Positions 1-10,780 of a DNA stretch of 32,000 bases are shown piece after piece; positions within the stretch are counted from its first letter, which is position 1; every line of letters begins with the position of its first letter. Origin of the DNA: Trichodesmium erythraeum IMS101 (GTDB taxonomy: Bacteria; Cyanobacteriota; Cyanobacteriia; Cyanobacteriales; Microcoleaceae); assembly GCF_000014265.1 (NCBI RefSeq), contig NC_008312.1:450001-482000 (forward strand), written 5' to 3'. The notes beneath the pieces were generated by a model, which did no database searches, was not told where the DNA came from, and saw only the letters and a program-made list of their open reading frames with translations. The position numbers and the translations under genes are program-made.

Positions 1-586
1 CCTTCTCTACTAATACTTCTGCTAATGCTTTAATTTCTGCTGGTTGATAAACCATCCCAGTTGGATTAGATGGCGAATTAAGCACAAATAATTTGGTTTT
101 ATCAGTAATACTTTGTCGCAGTTGCTCTGGTGTCACCTTATAACCAGTTTCAGGATCGGTAGTCAAAATTATTGGTTCCCCACCTGCGAGTTTAACCATT
201 TCTGGATAACTTAACCAATAGGGAGCCGGAATAATTACCTCATCTCCTGGTTCAATTAATGCTAACATCAGGTTAAATAAAGAATGTTTTCCCCCGTTAG
301 TAACAATAATATTTTCAGCTTTGTAGTTTAGGCCATTTTCTTGAGACAGCTTATGGGCGATCGCTTCTCTAAGTTTTGGTTCTCCGGCTGCTGGGCCATA
401 TTTTGTATAACCAGAGTCGAGCGCTTTTTGAGCAGCTACTTTTATGTGTTCTGGAGTATCAAAATCAGGTTCTCCGGCACTAAAACTACAAACATCTTTT
501 CCATCAGCTTTCATTGCTCTTGCTTTAGCTGAGATAGCTAAAGTTAGAGACAGTGGTACTTTGCCAACTCTTGCTGCTAGTTTCAT
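1..586 (-). CDS. Class I/II PLP-dependent aminotransferase (aspartate aminotransferase-like), N-terminal part; the 3' end lies beyond the window edge
   Basis: Not in the ORF track because it runs off the edge. My reverse-strand translation from the ATG at 586-584 reads [80 protein letters not shown]...[46 protein letters not shown]...LNSPSNPTG. These are typical AspAT-family motifs (SxGEPDF, PxPYW, NSPxNPTG). The + strand ORFs at 341-635 are antisense to it. Confidence 0.85.
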   Translation of the reverse strand, partial: MKLAARVGKVPLSLTLAISAKARAMKADGKDVCSFSAGEPDFDTPEHIKVAAQKALDSGYTKYGPAAGEPKLREAIAHKLSQENGLNYKAENIIVTNGGKHSLFNLMLALIEPGDEVIIPAPYWLSYPEMVKLAGGEPIILTTDPETGYKVTPEQLRQSITDKTKLFVLNSPSNPTGMVYQPAEIKALAEVLVEK

Positions 587-1385
587 TTTTTATCTTTTTG
601 AGTTATTTAATCTTCCATTTTATGTTGAACAATAATTGGGTTCAACCTAGACTATTAGGAAATATTGACATTCAAAGTAATAATTTTAGCACTAGGCATT
701 CAGGGCACGGGCAACCTTAGAGTACTTGTCCCTAATATATTCAGTATATGCTTAGTCCCCTATTTTGCCCAGACAACAATGACTATTCATTGCCCTTCAT
801 ATCATGCCCCAGCCTATGGTACAAATACTATTTGCAGATCATTTATGCACCTCAAACTTAGTTAAATATAACTTTTGACTTTTATTATTTGACTTTTGAC
901 TTAGTTGTAGTATTGATTATTAGCTATTATAATAATTAAAGAATTTACGGAAAGACATTATATGTATATAGTGTTTACTACTCTGAAATATTGATCTATT
1001 TGGCAATCGGATAAAAAACAAAATATAAAAAACTTAAAATTTTAATTCAAGTTACTTGAGATTATTTGGTATGCTAATAGTTTAAAATAAATTATTTGTT
1101 TGTAAATACCTTAAAGATGAATTTTGATTATATAAAATATTGTCAGTATTTAATAATGTAGTCATAAAAATTACACCCTGACAAATCTTACTGACTATCA
1201 TCAAAAAAGTTAGCTACTATCAAATTAACAGTTATTTGAAAAAAATGGTAAATCTATAGGTGGAAATTTTTGATAAACTGAAACATCAATTATGGCAAAA
1301 TATAAACGTATCTGAGTTCAAATATCTGACTATTAAAATGACAGTTATTGAAGTTTTATAGATTTGTAAAAATCAGTAATAACGG

Positions 1386-1414
1386 GCGATCGCTATAAAA
1401 ATTTAAGCGATCAC
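1386..1414 (-). terminator. Candidate hairpin just downstream of the DUF89 gene stop
   Basis: GCGATCGCT (1386-1394) pairs with AGCGATCAC (1406-1414) at 8 of 9 positions around an 11-nt loop. A T-rich stretch follows on the - strand. The stem is built on a HIP1 site, so it may be coincidental. Confidence 0.3.
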
Positions 1415-1429
1415 CTAAATTGGTGGGCA

Positions 1430-2728
1430 CTATATGTAGTGTATTTGTGTAAGTCCTGAATTATTCAACTTCTCTGGTATTACAAACTGAATTACACCCC
1501 ACTGACCATTAGTTAACCACAGAGGGTCTTGTTCATTTAATATTTCGATTTGATCTGGTTCTAAACTGGTTGCTACTTCTGACTTGAGGGTACGCAAAGC
1601 GACAAATGGTGCGGGAAAATAATTAGCAATATCTGACAAAGGTGTAGTAAATAGCCAATGGCGATCGCCCAAAATACGCCGATAGTTAGCATCTCCCTTA
1701 ATTACAACTAAACTAGCCTTAGCTAACTCTTCCCTTAAAGACTCTGGCATTTCCCAAAAAGCTAGAGGAGCATTCCAGAAAAGGTTATCTTGACAAATTA
1801 AACAACCAGTAGCAATGTACTCCTGCAAACGAGCTGCCAAAATTCGGACATTTTCTGAGGTATCATTAGCTAACCTTTCTAGAGTGTAAAAGACATCCTG
1901 ATGTATAGCATCAGAAACAAAAGTTGGATATGCTTTCAAGTGTAGATAAACAGTATGAGCAGTTTGAGTAGATAAAAGGAAGTCTATCAAAAAAAAATCG
2001 CCAACTAACTCAAAACTTGCGTTATCTGTTATAATTAGATATATTCGTTGCCCTTGAATATTGCTTAAGTAGTTGAGTAGATTATAGGTATCATCTACTA
2101 AAATGTGAGTTTGTTGCTGTGTAAGATATCTATTAGTATTATCTCCTGCTATAGCTTGCCATAAAGTGAGATCAAATTGTTCACCCCATAAAACAGCTTG
2201 AAGCACAGTAGTTATAAAAGTTTGATAAGTCTGTTGTTCAGATTTTATAGTACTTAAAGTAGTCAAGGAATATTGCTGCGCCACCCTAACGCTATCACTT
2301 ATAAATCTAATAGCATCCATTGATTTTTCTAAACTCAAGCGTTTTTGATAACCAAATGGGTCTATGCCTTGCCAAATTCCAGGTACAAAATAATTAGTTG
2401 CCTCAAGCAAACGCCGGAAAAAATAAGCTTCAGCAAAATAAAATGGTAAATCAAACCAACTTTTCCCCTCAAAAGGTTTTAAATAGGATTCCCAGGCAAC
2501 TAAATCTGGCCCTTGATCATCTTTCAAAGGACGCACCCATCCTTCAAATAAGTCTGTTACTAAAAATTCTAATTCTTGCACAATGGGAGGAGGAAAATTA
2601 TTGTCTTTGATGACTCGTTCGATAACACCTGGTAGTCTACAAACAATTGTGTAATGGGCAAATGTATTTTCCTCTGAAGGCATTACTGGTAAAGGTAGTA
2701 AAAAATCAGAGGTTTCAAATTTATTCAT
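1430..2728 (-). CDS. DUF89 / ARMT1-like damage-control phosphatase family protein
   Basis: 432-aa ORF. It has the family-typical metal-site motif IITDNASFELVGDFFLIDFLL (DN-x-x-x-E) and the C-terminal KGDANYRRIL motif. Confidence 0.75.
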   Translation of the reverse strand: MNKFETSDFLLPLPVMPSEENTFAHYTIVCRLPGVIERVIKDNNFPPPIVQELEFLVTDLFEGWVRPLKDDQGPDLVAWESYLKPFEGKSWFDLPFYFAEAYFFRRLLEATNYFVPGIWQGIDPFGYQKRLSLEKSMDAIRFISDSVRVAQQYSLTTLSTIKSEQQTYQTFITTVLQAVLWGEQFDLTLWQAIAGDNTNRYLTQQQTHILVDDTYNLLNYLSNIQGQRIYLIITDNASFELVGDFFLIDFLLSTQTAHTVYLHLKAYPTFVSDAIHQDVFYTLERLANDTSENVRILAARLQEYIATGCLICQDNLFWNAPLAFWEMPESLREELAKASLVVIKGDANYRRILGDRHWLFTTPLSDIANYFPAPFVALRTLKSEVATSLEPDQIEILNEQDPLWLTNGQWGVIQFVIPEKLNNSGLTQIHYI

Positions 2729-2824
2729 ATATTTAAAAAAATCAGAAATAACCTAAAATATAACTATCAGGACTAACAGCACAATAACCATTGCTTTGTC
2801 CAAAAATATTAATAATTATACCAA

Positions 2825-5425
2825 ATGTCCAGTATTTACTCTGAAATTGAAAACAATTCCAAATCTTTTGAGTTACCAGGTGCGAGGCCACATTATAATC
2901 CTGACCGTCCAGGCCAAGTAGAACATATTTTCCTTAACCTAGAGCTTGATATTCCTAACAAAAGTTTTCAAGGGATCTGTATCATTAGCTTAAACCCCAT
3001 ACGGAGTGGTATTGATAAGTTAACTATTGATGCAGTTAATTTAGAAATTAAGTCTGTTAAAATTGAAAACATAGAACAAACTTTTGACTACGACGGCAAA
3101 CAACTAGAAATTTATTTACAAGTACCAACAACTGTAGGCCAACTAGTAAAAGTAGCGATCACATATAGTGCCAATAACCCGCAACGAGGCATCTATTTTA
3201 TTGCTCCTGACGAACATTATCCAGACAAACCAACCCAAGTATGGACTCAAGGGGAAGACGAAGACTCCCGTTTCTGGTTTCCTTGTTTCGACTATCCTGG
3301 TCAACTATCAACATCAGAAATTCGCGTCAAAGTCCCTAATAAGTTTATTGCTATTTCCAATGGTGAACTTATCCACACTGAAGAGAGTGAAGATAATAAA
3401 ATTTATCACTGGATACAAAAACAAGTTCATCCTACGTATTTAATGACCTTAGCAGTAGGTAAGTTTGCCGAAATTCAAGATGAATGGAATGGTATTCCTG
3501 TCACCTATTATGTAGAAAAAAAATACCAAGATCATGCTCGACGGACTATGGGCAAAACTCCTCAAATGATAGAATTTTTTAGTCAACAATTTGGCTATAA
3601 ATATCCTTATCCTAAATATGCTCAAGTTTGCGTCAATGATTTTATTTTTGGCGGTATGGAAAATACTTCCACAACTTTACTTACAGACAGATGTTTATTA
3701 GATAAAAAAGCTGCTTTAGATAACCGTAGTTCTGAGAGTATAGTTGCTCACGAACTCGCCCATCAATGGTTCGGAGATTTAATCGTAATTAAACATTGGT
3801 CTCATGCTTGGATCAAAGAAGGAATGGCATCCTATTCGGAAGTATTATGGACCGCAAATGAGTATGGTCAAGATGAGGCTGCTTATTACCTATTGAAGGA
3901 AGCTCGAAGTTATATTGTTGAAGATAAAGGTCGCTATCGTCGTCCAATTGTAACTAATATTTATCGGGAAGCGATTGAACTTTATGATCGTCATCTCTAT
4001 GAAAAAGGTGCTTGTGTTTATCACATGATTAAAACAGAATTAGGAGCTGAGTTATTTACTAAAGCAATTCATGATTTTGTGCAAGGTAATGCTCATAAAA
4101 CTGTTGAAACTATTGATTTATTAAGAGCAATTGAACAGACAACCGGGCGGAACTTATTATCCTTATTTGATCAATATGTTTTTCGGGGTGGCCATCCAGA
4201 TTATAAAGTTAATTATGCTTGGGATGGCAACAGTAAATTAGCCAAAATTACTGTCACACAAATCCTACCTAAAAATGACAAAAACGGTGATGTAAGCAAA
4301 GGATTATTTGACCTCAAAATTCCTATAGCTTTTGGTTATATCCAAGCTGAAAAACCAGAACTAATTAACTTTACTGTCCGCATACATGAACAGGAACAAA
4401 CCTTCTATTTTCCCCTCTCAGAAAAACCAAAATTCATCAGTTTTGATGTGGGTAATAATTATCTCAAAACAGTGAAACTAGAATATCCATTGGCGGAACT
4501 GAAAGCACAATTAGAATTTGATCCAGACCCTATATCTCGTATTTATGCTGCTGAAGCATTGGTGAAAAAGGGCGGTTTAGAAGTTGTGAAAGCACTTTCA
4601 CAAGCACTGATATCTGAACCTTTCTGGGGTGTGCGAGTTGAAGTCGCCAAGCAACTAGGAAAAATTAAATTAGACCAAGTTTTTGATGGTTTAGCTATAA
4701 GTTTAAAAGATGAGGATCCTCGTGTGCGCCGTGCTGTGGTAGAGGCTCTAACACAAGTAAAAACTCATAAAAGTTATAAGTTGCTCAAGTATCTAGTAAA
4801 AAATGGGGATCCCAGTTATTATGTTGAAGCTATTGCAGTTTCTGGTATTGGAGATATTGCTGCTGCTCATGCTAATTCTGATGAAAAACCTACTGAGGAA
4901 AAAGCAATTAAGTTGTTGAAATGGGTATTACAAAACAAACAGGGTTGGAATGAGGTAGTACGTGCTGGTGCAATATCAGGTTTGAGTAAAATGAAGACTT
5001 CAAAAACTGCTCTGAATCTGATCTTGAAATACACTGTTCCTGGTGTGCCACAAGGGTTACGTTTGAATGCTATCCGTGTTTTGGGAACTATTTCTACTGC
5101 TCAACCTCCTGTTAACTTGGAACGAATTTTGCAACGACTCACAGAATTGTCACGAGAAACGTTTTTCTTGACTCAGGTTTCTGTAGTTGCTGCCTTGTCG
5201 CAAATGCAAACTTCTCGAGCAATTGAAATATTGCAAAATTTAGCTAACCAAACTCCTGATGGCAGGGTTCGTCGTCGAGCTGAGGAAGCAGTACAGAAGG
5301 TGCAAAAAAATATTGGTTCTGACAAGGGGATAAAACAGTTGCGTGATGAACTGGATAAAGTGAAAAAGGAAAATCAGGAATTGAGGAGTCGTTTGGAAAA
5401 TTTGGAGGCAAAGGCTAAAGTTTGA
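2825..5425 (+). CDS. pepN: M1-family (gluzincin) aminopeptidase N with C-terminal HEAT-like repeats and a terminal coiled coil
   Basis: 866-aa ORF. It has the GGMEN exopeptidase motif. HELAHQWFGD is followed by Glu exactly 18 residues after the second His (WIKEGMASY), i.e. HEXXH-X18-E. The C-terminal third has repeated ...VR..a..aL... HEAT-type units (WGVRVEVAKQLG, DPRVRRAVVEALT, VVRAGAISGLS, LRLNAIRVLG). It ends in a K/E-rich heptad-like segment. Confidence 0.92.
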   Translation: MSSIYSEIENNSKSFELPGARPHYNPDRPGQVEHIFLNLELDIPNKSFQGICIISLNPIRSGIDKLTIDAVNLEIKSVKIENIEQTFDYDGKQLEIYLQVPTTVGQLVKVAITYSANNPQRGIYFIAPDEHYPDKPTQVWTQGEDEDSRFWFPCFDYPGQLSTSEIRVKVPNKFIAISNGELIHTEESEDNKIYHWIQKQVHPTYLMTLAVGKFAEIQDEWNGIPVTYYVEKKYQDHARRTMGKTPQMIEFFSQQFGYKYPYPKYAQVCVNDFIFGGMENTSTTLLTDRCLLDKKAALDNRSSESIVAHELAHQWFGDLIVIKHWSHAWIKEGMASYSEVLWTANEYGQDEAAYYLLKEARSYIVEDKGRYRRPIVTNIYREAIELYDRHLYEKGACVYHMIKTELGAELFTKAIHDFVQGNAHKTVETIDLLRAIEQTTGRNLLSLFDQYVFRGGHPDYKVNYAWDGNSKLAKITVTQILPKNDKNGDVSKGLFDLKIPIAFGYIQAEKPELINFTVRIHEQEQTFYFPLSEKPKFISFDVGNNYLKTVKLEYPLAELKAQLEFDPDPISRIYAAEALVKKGGLEVVKALSQALISEPFWGVRVEVAKQLGKIKLDQVFDGLAISLKDEDPRVRRAVVEALTQVKTHKSYKLLKYLVKNGDPSYYVEAIAVSGIGDIAAAHANSDEKPTEEKAIKLLKWVLQNKQGWNEVVRAGAISGLSKMKTSKTALNLILKYTVPGVPQGLRLNAIRVLGTISTAQPPVNLERILQRLTELSRETFFLTQVSVVAALSQMQTSRAIEILQNLANQTPDGRVRRRAEEAVQKVQKNIGSDKGIKQLRDELDKVKKENQELRSRLENLEAKAKV

Positions 5426-5474
5426 GTAGGGTTTGCTGAAAAAGTCTAAAGTTTTAGGCTCCGAGTCACTCATC

Positions 5475-5488
5475 AGGAGTCAGGAGTA
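5475..5488. repeat. STRR-like heptamer repeat AGGAGTC/AGGAGTA (2 copies)
   Basis: Direct reading: aggagtc aggagta immediately downstream of pepN. The same motif recurs at 30488-30508. Confidence 0.5.
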
Positions 5489-5689
5489 CCTAGGGACGTT
5501 GCAGACAACGGACTTAGGTAGAAATGAGAATTAATAGGAGGTAGTCGAATATATTTGTCCCTTGATTTTTGGGCAATTATTCGGCTCTTAATGCTAATAT
5601 CTATGAGCAAGAGTCACTGAAAAGCTGACACTTTTTTCGACCTAAAAAGCCTAAACCATTAGCAGAAAATTTCACAGGTCACACTAAAC

Positions 5690-6560
5690 CGGGGTGTCTG
5701 TGAAGTGTTTTTACACATTCTCTGATCATCACATCCCAAATTTTTAACGTACTATCCTCACTACTACTTACTAAAAATTGCCCACCTGAACTAAAAGCGA
5801 TCGCTCTCACATTATTTGTGTGCCCCTGTCAAGTTTGAAGAAATTCTCTAGTTCTAATGTCCCAAACTTTAAGAATGTGGTCATCACTACTCCTGGCAAG
5901 GTTTTGCCATCGGGGTTAAATGCTAACCTTTCAAACCAACTTTCATACCTTTCCCAAACAAGATAACTACTCGCATTCATATTCCAAATTTTAATATTTG
6001 CATCCTGACCTCCACTAGCTCAAATTTGACCGCAAGGACTAAAAGCTACCGTCCAAATTCCACCTTAATATTGTTGAGTAGGATATCGCCAAATTTGCCT
6101 ACGGCAAGATGCATTAACATCCCAAAGCATAATATTTTTATCATCACCACAACTAGCAATTTATTTACCACCCGGACTAAAAACCACTGCGAAAATTAAA
6201 CTAATATACCCCCTCAAATCTTGTATACACTCTCAAGTTTCCACATTCCATAACCTATTCCCTAAGCTAATAGCAGTGTCTAAATGACTGCTAGCAATTA
6301 GTTTCTAATTTAGACTAAGAGCAACAGAACAAACTGAATTAGTATAACCTGAAAAAGTTTTCAGGAATTTTCCCCCAAGAGTCTCCCATCATTTAATTAT
6401 CTGGTCATGATCATCTATTCACACAATTGTGTTATCGCGACGAAAAGCAATAGTTCGGATGGGAGCTTGATGTTCCTTTTCTGTTACTAAACATTCTCCA
6501 GTTTCCAAATTCCACAAGGGGAGAATGGCTTTGGTAGTCCTGTAGATATAGTGATACTTA
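5690..6560 (-). pseudogene. WD40-repeat protein gene relic with multiple stops and frameshifts
   Basis: No ORF of 60 aa or more lies in 5474-6753. Reverse-strand translation still gives serial WD40 units broken by stops and frame changes. Examples are LWNLETGECLVTEKEHQAPIRTIAF, DDHDQIIK*WETLGGKFLKTFSGYTNSVCSVA, LWNVET*ECIQDLRGY..AVVFSPGGK*IASCGDDKNIMLWDV, GGIWTVAFSPCGQI*ASGGQDANIKIWNM and SSSEDSTLKIWDV. Confidence 0.8.
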
Positions 6561-6753
6561 TAAATAAACCCTTTTCATGCTCAGGAGTCTAACTACAAAA
6601 ATCACTACTTGTACACCACTACCTAAAAAATAAAATTAATTATCGCACTTTTATTCATTAGTTTTTTTACCCTGCTTTGTACTCTCTTTTTTCCAGAGAT
6701 GTCTATTATTATATAATAATATTTACTTCTTTTTCCTGATTTTTTATTCAATT

Positions 6754-7272
6754 ATGAATATACCTAACTCAATTACTTTTTCTCGTCTTTTGGGAATACC
6801 TATTATTCTTTACACTCTCAAAACTCCAACTAATCAAAATCTTTGGATATCTTTAGTGATATTTTTAATGGCTTCAGCTACAGATTTTTTAGACGGTTAT
6901 TTAGCACGAAAACTCAACCAAGTGACTGACTTAGGTAAATTTTTAGATCCTTTAGTAGATAAATTATTAATTTTAGCACCTCTATTAGCATTAATTGAAT
7001 TAGGCAAAGTTCCGGCCTGGGGAGTATTTTTAATTTTAAGTCGGGAGTTAACTATAGCTGGTTGGCGTGTTAATCAAAGCAAAGTTTCAGGAGCTAATAT
7101 TTGGGGAAAATTAAAAACTGTAAGTCAAATTATCGCTGTTGCTCTATTAATTGCTCCTTTGCCTAAAACTTGGGCAACTTCAACAATAATTATATTTTGG
7201 GTTTCTGTTGCTTTAACGATCATTTCAGGGATAGTTTACTTATTACCTACTCAAGAAACTAGCAATACATAA
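6754..7272 (+). CDS. pgsA: CDP-diacylglycerol--glycerol-3-phosphate 3-phosphatidyltransferase
   Basis: 172-aa polytopic membrane ORF. It has the CDP-alcohol phosphatidyltransferase signature DFLDGYLARKLNQVTDLGKFLDPLVDK, i.e. D-x2-DG-x2-AR-x8-G-x3-D-x3-D. Confidence 0.9.
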   Translation: MNIPNSITFSRLLGIPIILYTLKTPTNQNLWISLVIFLMASATDFLDGYLARKLNQVTDLGKFLDPLVDKLLILAPLLALIELGKVPAWGVFLILSRELTIAGWRVNQSKVSGANIWGKLKTVSQIIAVALLIAPLPKTWATSTIIIFWVSVALTIISGIVYLLPTQETSNT

Positions 7273-7719
7273 TACCATTTATTAAAAAAAAATTTTACTT
7301 GGCTATTGACCTGGATAGGAAATTTGTAGACAACATTCTTACTGTCAAAGGAGTAATTTATACGCTTCTAGTTAATAATTAGAAAAAAGGTTATTATATC
7401 TGTGTTAATTACTTGATGATTGAAGTTTTACCTAAGTATAGTGTTCATCTATAGTAATTTGTATAAGTTGTATTTTTTTTAGTAATTTTTAATACCTATT
7501 AATCACTAAAATTATTTTTTTAATGAATAGATGGAGAACAAATTTATATAGTATAATAACTATATTTAAGTAAATATTCAGCTATTAGCTGATATTAAAA
7601 ATCATCCTTAAAATCAAATATTTTTTACAGCGTTTGCTTTAAGCTATAATTCATGTATAATCTAAATTATAGTTGAATTAGTTAAAAAAGATTATTGTTT
7701 TATAGTTGATCATAAAATT

Positions 7720-9648
7720 ATGAGTATGTTCACACTTCAATCAGTCAAAAAAGACTTTGGTATCAAAGAAATTTTAAAAGATGCCAGCTTCAGTTTAGAT
7801 CCTAAGGACAAAGTTGGTTTAATTGGTACAAATGGCTCAGGAAAATCAACTCTTTTAAAAATGATTGCTGGTTTAGAACCCACAGATAGCGGTGAAATTT
7901 TAGTTAATCAAAATGTGAGGATTATTTATTTGCCTCAACAACCAGATTTGAATGAAAATAATACTGTATTAGAACAGGTTTTTGCCAACAGTGGTAAACA
8001 AACGGCACTGATAAAAGAGTACCAAGAACTATCAGAAAAACTAGCTCATTATCCAGAAGATAGTCAGTTAATGGCGCGTTTTTCACAGGTAACTCAAAAG
8101 ATGAATTATACTAATGCTTGGGAATTAGAAACTAAGGCTAAAATCATCTTGAGTAAATTAGGAATTCAAGATTTTGAGGTTAAAGTTGGTAATTTATCTG
8201 GGGGTTATCGTAAACGAATTGCTTTAGGGACAGCCTTACTTTCTGAACCTGATGTTTTGTTAATGGATGAGCCAACAAACCATCTAGATGCTATGTCTGT
8301 AGAATGGTTACAAAGTTACTTAAAGACTTTTTCTGGAGCAATTTTATTAATTACTCACGACCGTTATTTTCTTGACCGGGTTACTAATAAAATTCTGGAA
8401 ATAGACCGAGGAGATATTTACACTTATTCTGGTAACTATTCCTACTATTTAGAAAAAAAAGCTTTAGCTGAAGAATCTATCGTAAGTTCTCAAAAGAAGC
8501 ATAAAGGTCTATTACGTAGAGAATTAGAATGGTTAAAACGAGGACCAAAAGCTCGCAGCACTAAACAAAAAGCTCGAATTCAACGCATAGAAGAAATGCA
8601 AGGAAGAGAATTCAAAGAATCTTTAGGAAAGGTAGATATTTCTACTGCTGGTCGTCGAATTGGCAAAAAGGTTATTGAGTTAGAAAATATTTCTAAATCT
8701 TATAATGGTAGAACTATAATTAAAGATTTTACTTATGAGTTTATCCCAGAAGATAGAGTAGGAATTATTGGTAGTAATGGTATGGGAAAATCAACCTTAA
8801 TGGATATTATTACAGGTAGGGTAAAACCTGATTATGGCAAAGTAGAAATTGGGACAACAATACATATAGGTTATTTTGACCAATATTCAGAAAACTTGCT
8901 GGATGCTGGGGCTGAAAATCAACGGGTTATAGATTATATAAAAGATGTGGCAGAATATGTTCAAACTGCAGATGGTACTCAAATTAGTGCTTCTCAAATG
9001 TTGGAAAGATTTATGTTTCCAGGTAATCAACAATATGCTCCTATCTATAAACTTTCTGGTGGGGAAAAAAGACGATTATTTCTGTTGAAAGTATTGATGA
9101 GTGCTCCTAATGTTTTGATTTTGGATGAACCAACTAATGATTTGGATGTACAAACTTTGGCGGTGTTGGAAGAATATCTCGAAGAGTTTAATGGTTGTGT
9201 AATTGTGGTTTCTCATGATCGCTATTTTCTTGATAGAACTGTAGATAGAATTTTTGCTTTTGAAGGGGTAGGAAATTTACGACAATATCCAGGAAATTAT
9301 TCACTTTATTTAGATTATAAAGAAGCAGAAGCAACAGCAAAAAAATTTTCAGAAGTTGAGGAAAAGCTAAAAGAAAGTCAGCCTAAACAACAAAAATCAG
9401 AAAGAGTTTCTCGTGATCAAAGGGGGCAAAGAAAATTATCATCAAAAGAGAAACGAGAATATGAGAACTTAGAGAAAAAAATTGCTCAGTTAGAAACTGA
9501 GAAAGCTGAAGCAGAAAATGAACTTTATAATTCACCTCCAACAGAGGTTAGTGAAGTTCAAAAACTTCATGAAAAGGTAGAAGGTTTAGGACAAGAAATT
9601 GATATTGCTACAGAAAGATGGTTAGAGTTAGCAGAGATAGATTCTTAA
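7720..9648 (+). CDS. ABC-F family ATPase (Uup-like, two ABC domains, no transmembrane domain, C-terminal coiled coil)
   Basis: 642 aa. Walker A motifs are GTNGSGKST and GSNGMGKST. ABC signatures are LSGGYRKR and LSGGEKRR. Walker B motifs are LLMDEPTNHLD and LILDEPTNDLD. A K/R-rich inter-domain linker and a K/E-rich C-terminal tail are typical of ABC-F translation factors. Confidence 0.9.
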   Translation: MSMFTLQSVKKDFGIKEILKDASFSLDPKDKVGLIGTNGSGKSTLLKMIAGLEPTDSGEILVNQNVRIIYLPQQPDLNENNTVLEQVFANSGKQTALIKEYQELSEKLAHYPEDSQLMARFSQVTQKMNYTNAWELETKAKIILSKLGIQDFEVKVGNLSGGYRKRIALGTALLSEPDVLLMDEPTNHLDAMSVEWLQSYLKTFSGAILLITHDRYFLDRVTNKILEIDRGDIYTYSGNYSYYLEKKALAEESIVSSQKKHKGLLRRELEWLKRGPKARSTKQKARIQRIEEMQGREFKESLGKVDISTAGRRIGKKVIELENISKSYNGRTIIKDFTYEFIPEDRVGIIGSNGMGKSTLMDIITGRVKPDYGKVEIGTTIHIGYFDQYSENLLDAGAENQRVIDYIKDVAEYVQTADGTQISASQMLERFMFPGNQQYAPIYKLSGGEKRRLFLLKVLMSAPNVLILDEPTNDLDVQTLAVLEEYLEEFNGCVIVVSHDRYFLDRTVDRIFAFEGVGNLRQYPGNYSLYLDYKEAEATAKKFSEVEEKLKESQPKQQKSERVSRDQRGQRKLSSKEKREYENLEKKIAQLETEKAEAENELYNSPPTEVSEVQKLHEKVEGLGQEIDIATERWLELAEIDS

Positions 9649-9719
9649 ATTATAGTATAATAAATAATATTTAGTAAAATATAATTCAGTTATTTCAGTT
9701 ATCAGGATAATTTAATGGC

Positions 9720-10340
9720 ATGAACTGTCAAGAACTCTTAAAAAAATACTCTGAACAATGGCAAGCAGCTACTGTACATCCATTTTTAAATGAATGTAAA
9801 TTAGGTACTATTAAACCTAAACAATTTAATACTTGGCTAGTACAAGATTATTTATTTGTTGTGGAGTTTACTCGAATGGTAGGTAGAATTTTAACCTATG
9901 CTCCAACTTCTCATTTTGATGTGATTCTTATGGGAATAAATGCTTTGCAAGATGAACTAAATTGGTTTCAAGATAAAGCCAGAGAAAGACAATTAAATTT
10001 GAATATTGAAAAACAATCTACTTGTGCAGAATACGGCATTTTTATGAATAAACTAACAGAAATGCCATACCCAATACAAGCAACTGCATTATGGGAAATT
10101 GAATTAGCTTATAATCAAGGTTGGCAATTACCAGGAGAAATGTTAATGCCTTATAATGAATTTGCCAATCGTTGGGGAAATCCAGAATTTACAAACTATG
10201 TTAAACTATTAGAGGCACAAGCTAATGATGTATTGGCAAGTGCCTCAAAAACAGTACAAAGTCAATCTGAAGCTACTTTTTTAAATGTCGCTAGACTGGA
10301 AAAAGATTTTTGGCAAATGGCGTATAATGCGACTAATTAA
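9720..10340 (+). CDS. TenA/THI-4/PQQC-family protein (thiaminase II-like, haem-oxygenase-like fold)
   Basis: 206 aa. The N-terminal [28 protein letters not shown] pattern is characteristic of TenA-type proteins. I did not see the LPC-type catalytic Cys context, so the subclass is unresolved. Confidence 0.6.
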   Translation: MNCQELLKKYSEQWQAATVHPFLNECKLGTIKPKQFNTWLVQDYLFVVEFTRMVGRILTYAPTSHFDVILMGINALQDELNWFQDKARERQLNLNIEKQSTCAEYGIFMNKLTEMPYPIQATALWEIELAYNQGWQLPGEMLMPYNEFANRWGNPEFTNYVKLLEAQANDVLASASKTVQSQSEATFLNVARLEKDFWQMAYNATN

Positions 10341-10360
10341 ATTTAGGAGAAATTAAAAAA

Positions 10361-10780
10361 ATGACACGAGCTATCATGGAAACAGAGAAGGGGACAATTA
10401 ATCTAGAATTGTTTGATAATGATGCTCCTAATACTGTAAAAAATTTTGTTGAATTAAGTGAAAAAGGATTTTATGATGGCTTAAATTTTCATCGTGTTAT
10501 TCCTAATTTTATGATTCAAGGAGGTTGCCCAAAAGGTACGGGTACAGGTGGTCCTGGTTATAAAATCAAGTGTGAAATTAATAGTAATAAGCATTTAGCT
10601 GGCACTTTATCCATGGCTCATGCTGGTAAAGATACAGGTGGCAGTCAATTCTTTATTTGTCATGCTCCTCAACCTCATTTAGATGGCGTTCATACAACTT
10701 TTGGAAAAACTGAAGATATGGAGGTTGTCAATGCTATTGGTCAGGGTGATAAAATTATTTCTGTAAAGATTGAGAAGTAA
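10361..10780 (+). CDS. Cyclophilin-type peptidyl-prolyl cis-trans isomerase
   Basis: 139 aa. It has the [36 protein letters not shown] and LDG.HTTFG cyclophilin motifs. An AGGAG-type SD (aggaga) lies about 10 nt upstream. Confidence 0.92.
   Translation: MTRAIMETEKGTINLELFDNDAPNTVKNFVELSEKGFYDGLNFHRVIPNFMIQGGCPKGTGTGGPGYKIKCEINSNKHLAGTLSMAHAGKDTGGSQFFICHAPQPHLDGVHTTFGKTEDMEVVNAIGQGDKIISVKIEK

Noticed and set aside
341-865. ORFs at 341-532, 444-635 and 665-865 (+)
   Set aside because: The first two are antisense to the clearly homologous aminotransferase gene. The third lies in a spacer, has no SD and has an implausible composition (Cys/His-rich, with no recognisable motif).
2398-5473. ORFs at 2398-2610 (+), 3168-3443 (+) and 5240-5473 (-)
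   Set aside because: They are embedded in or antisense to the well-supported DUF89 and pepN genes. They are low-complexity translations with no motifs.
7641-7661. Two TATAAT hexamers (7645-7650 and 7656-7661) upstream of the ABC-F gene as its -10 box
   Set aside because: TATAAT-like hexamers are too frequent in these AT-rich spacers to call a promoter without TSS data, and no convincing -35 partner was seen.
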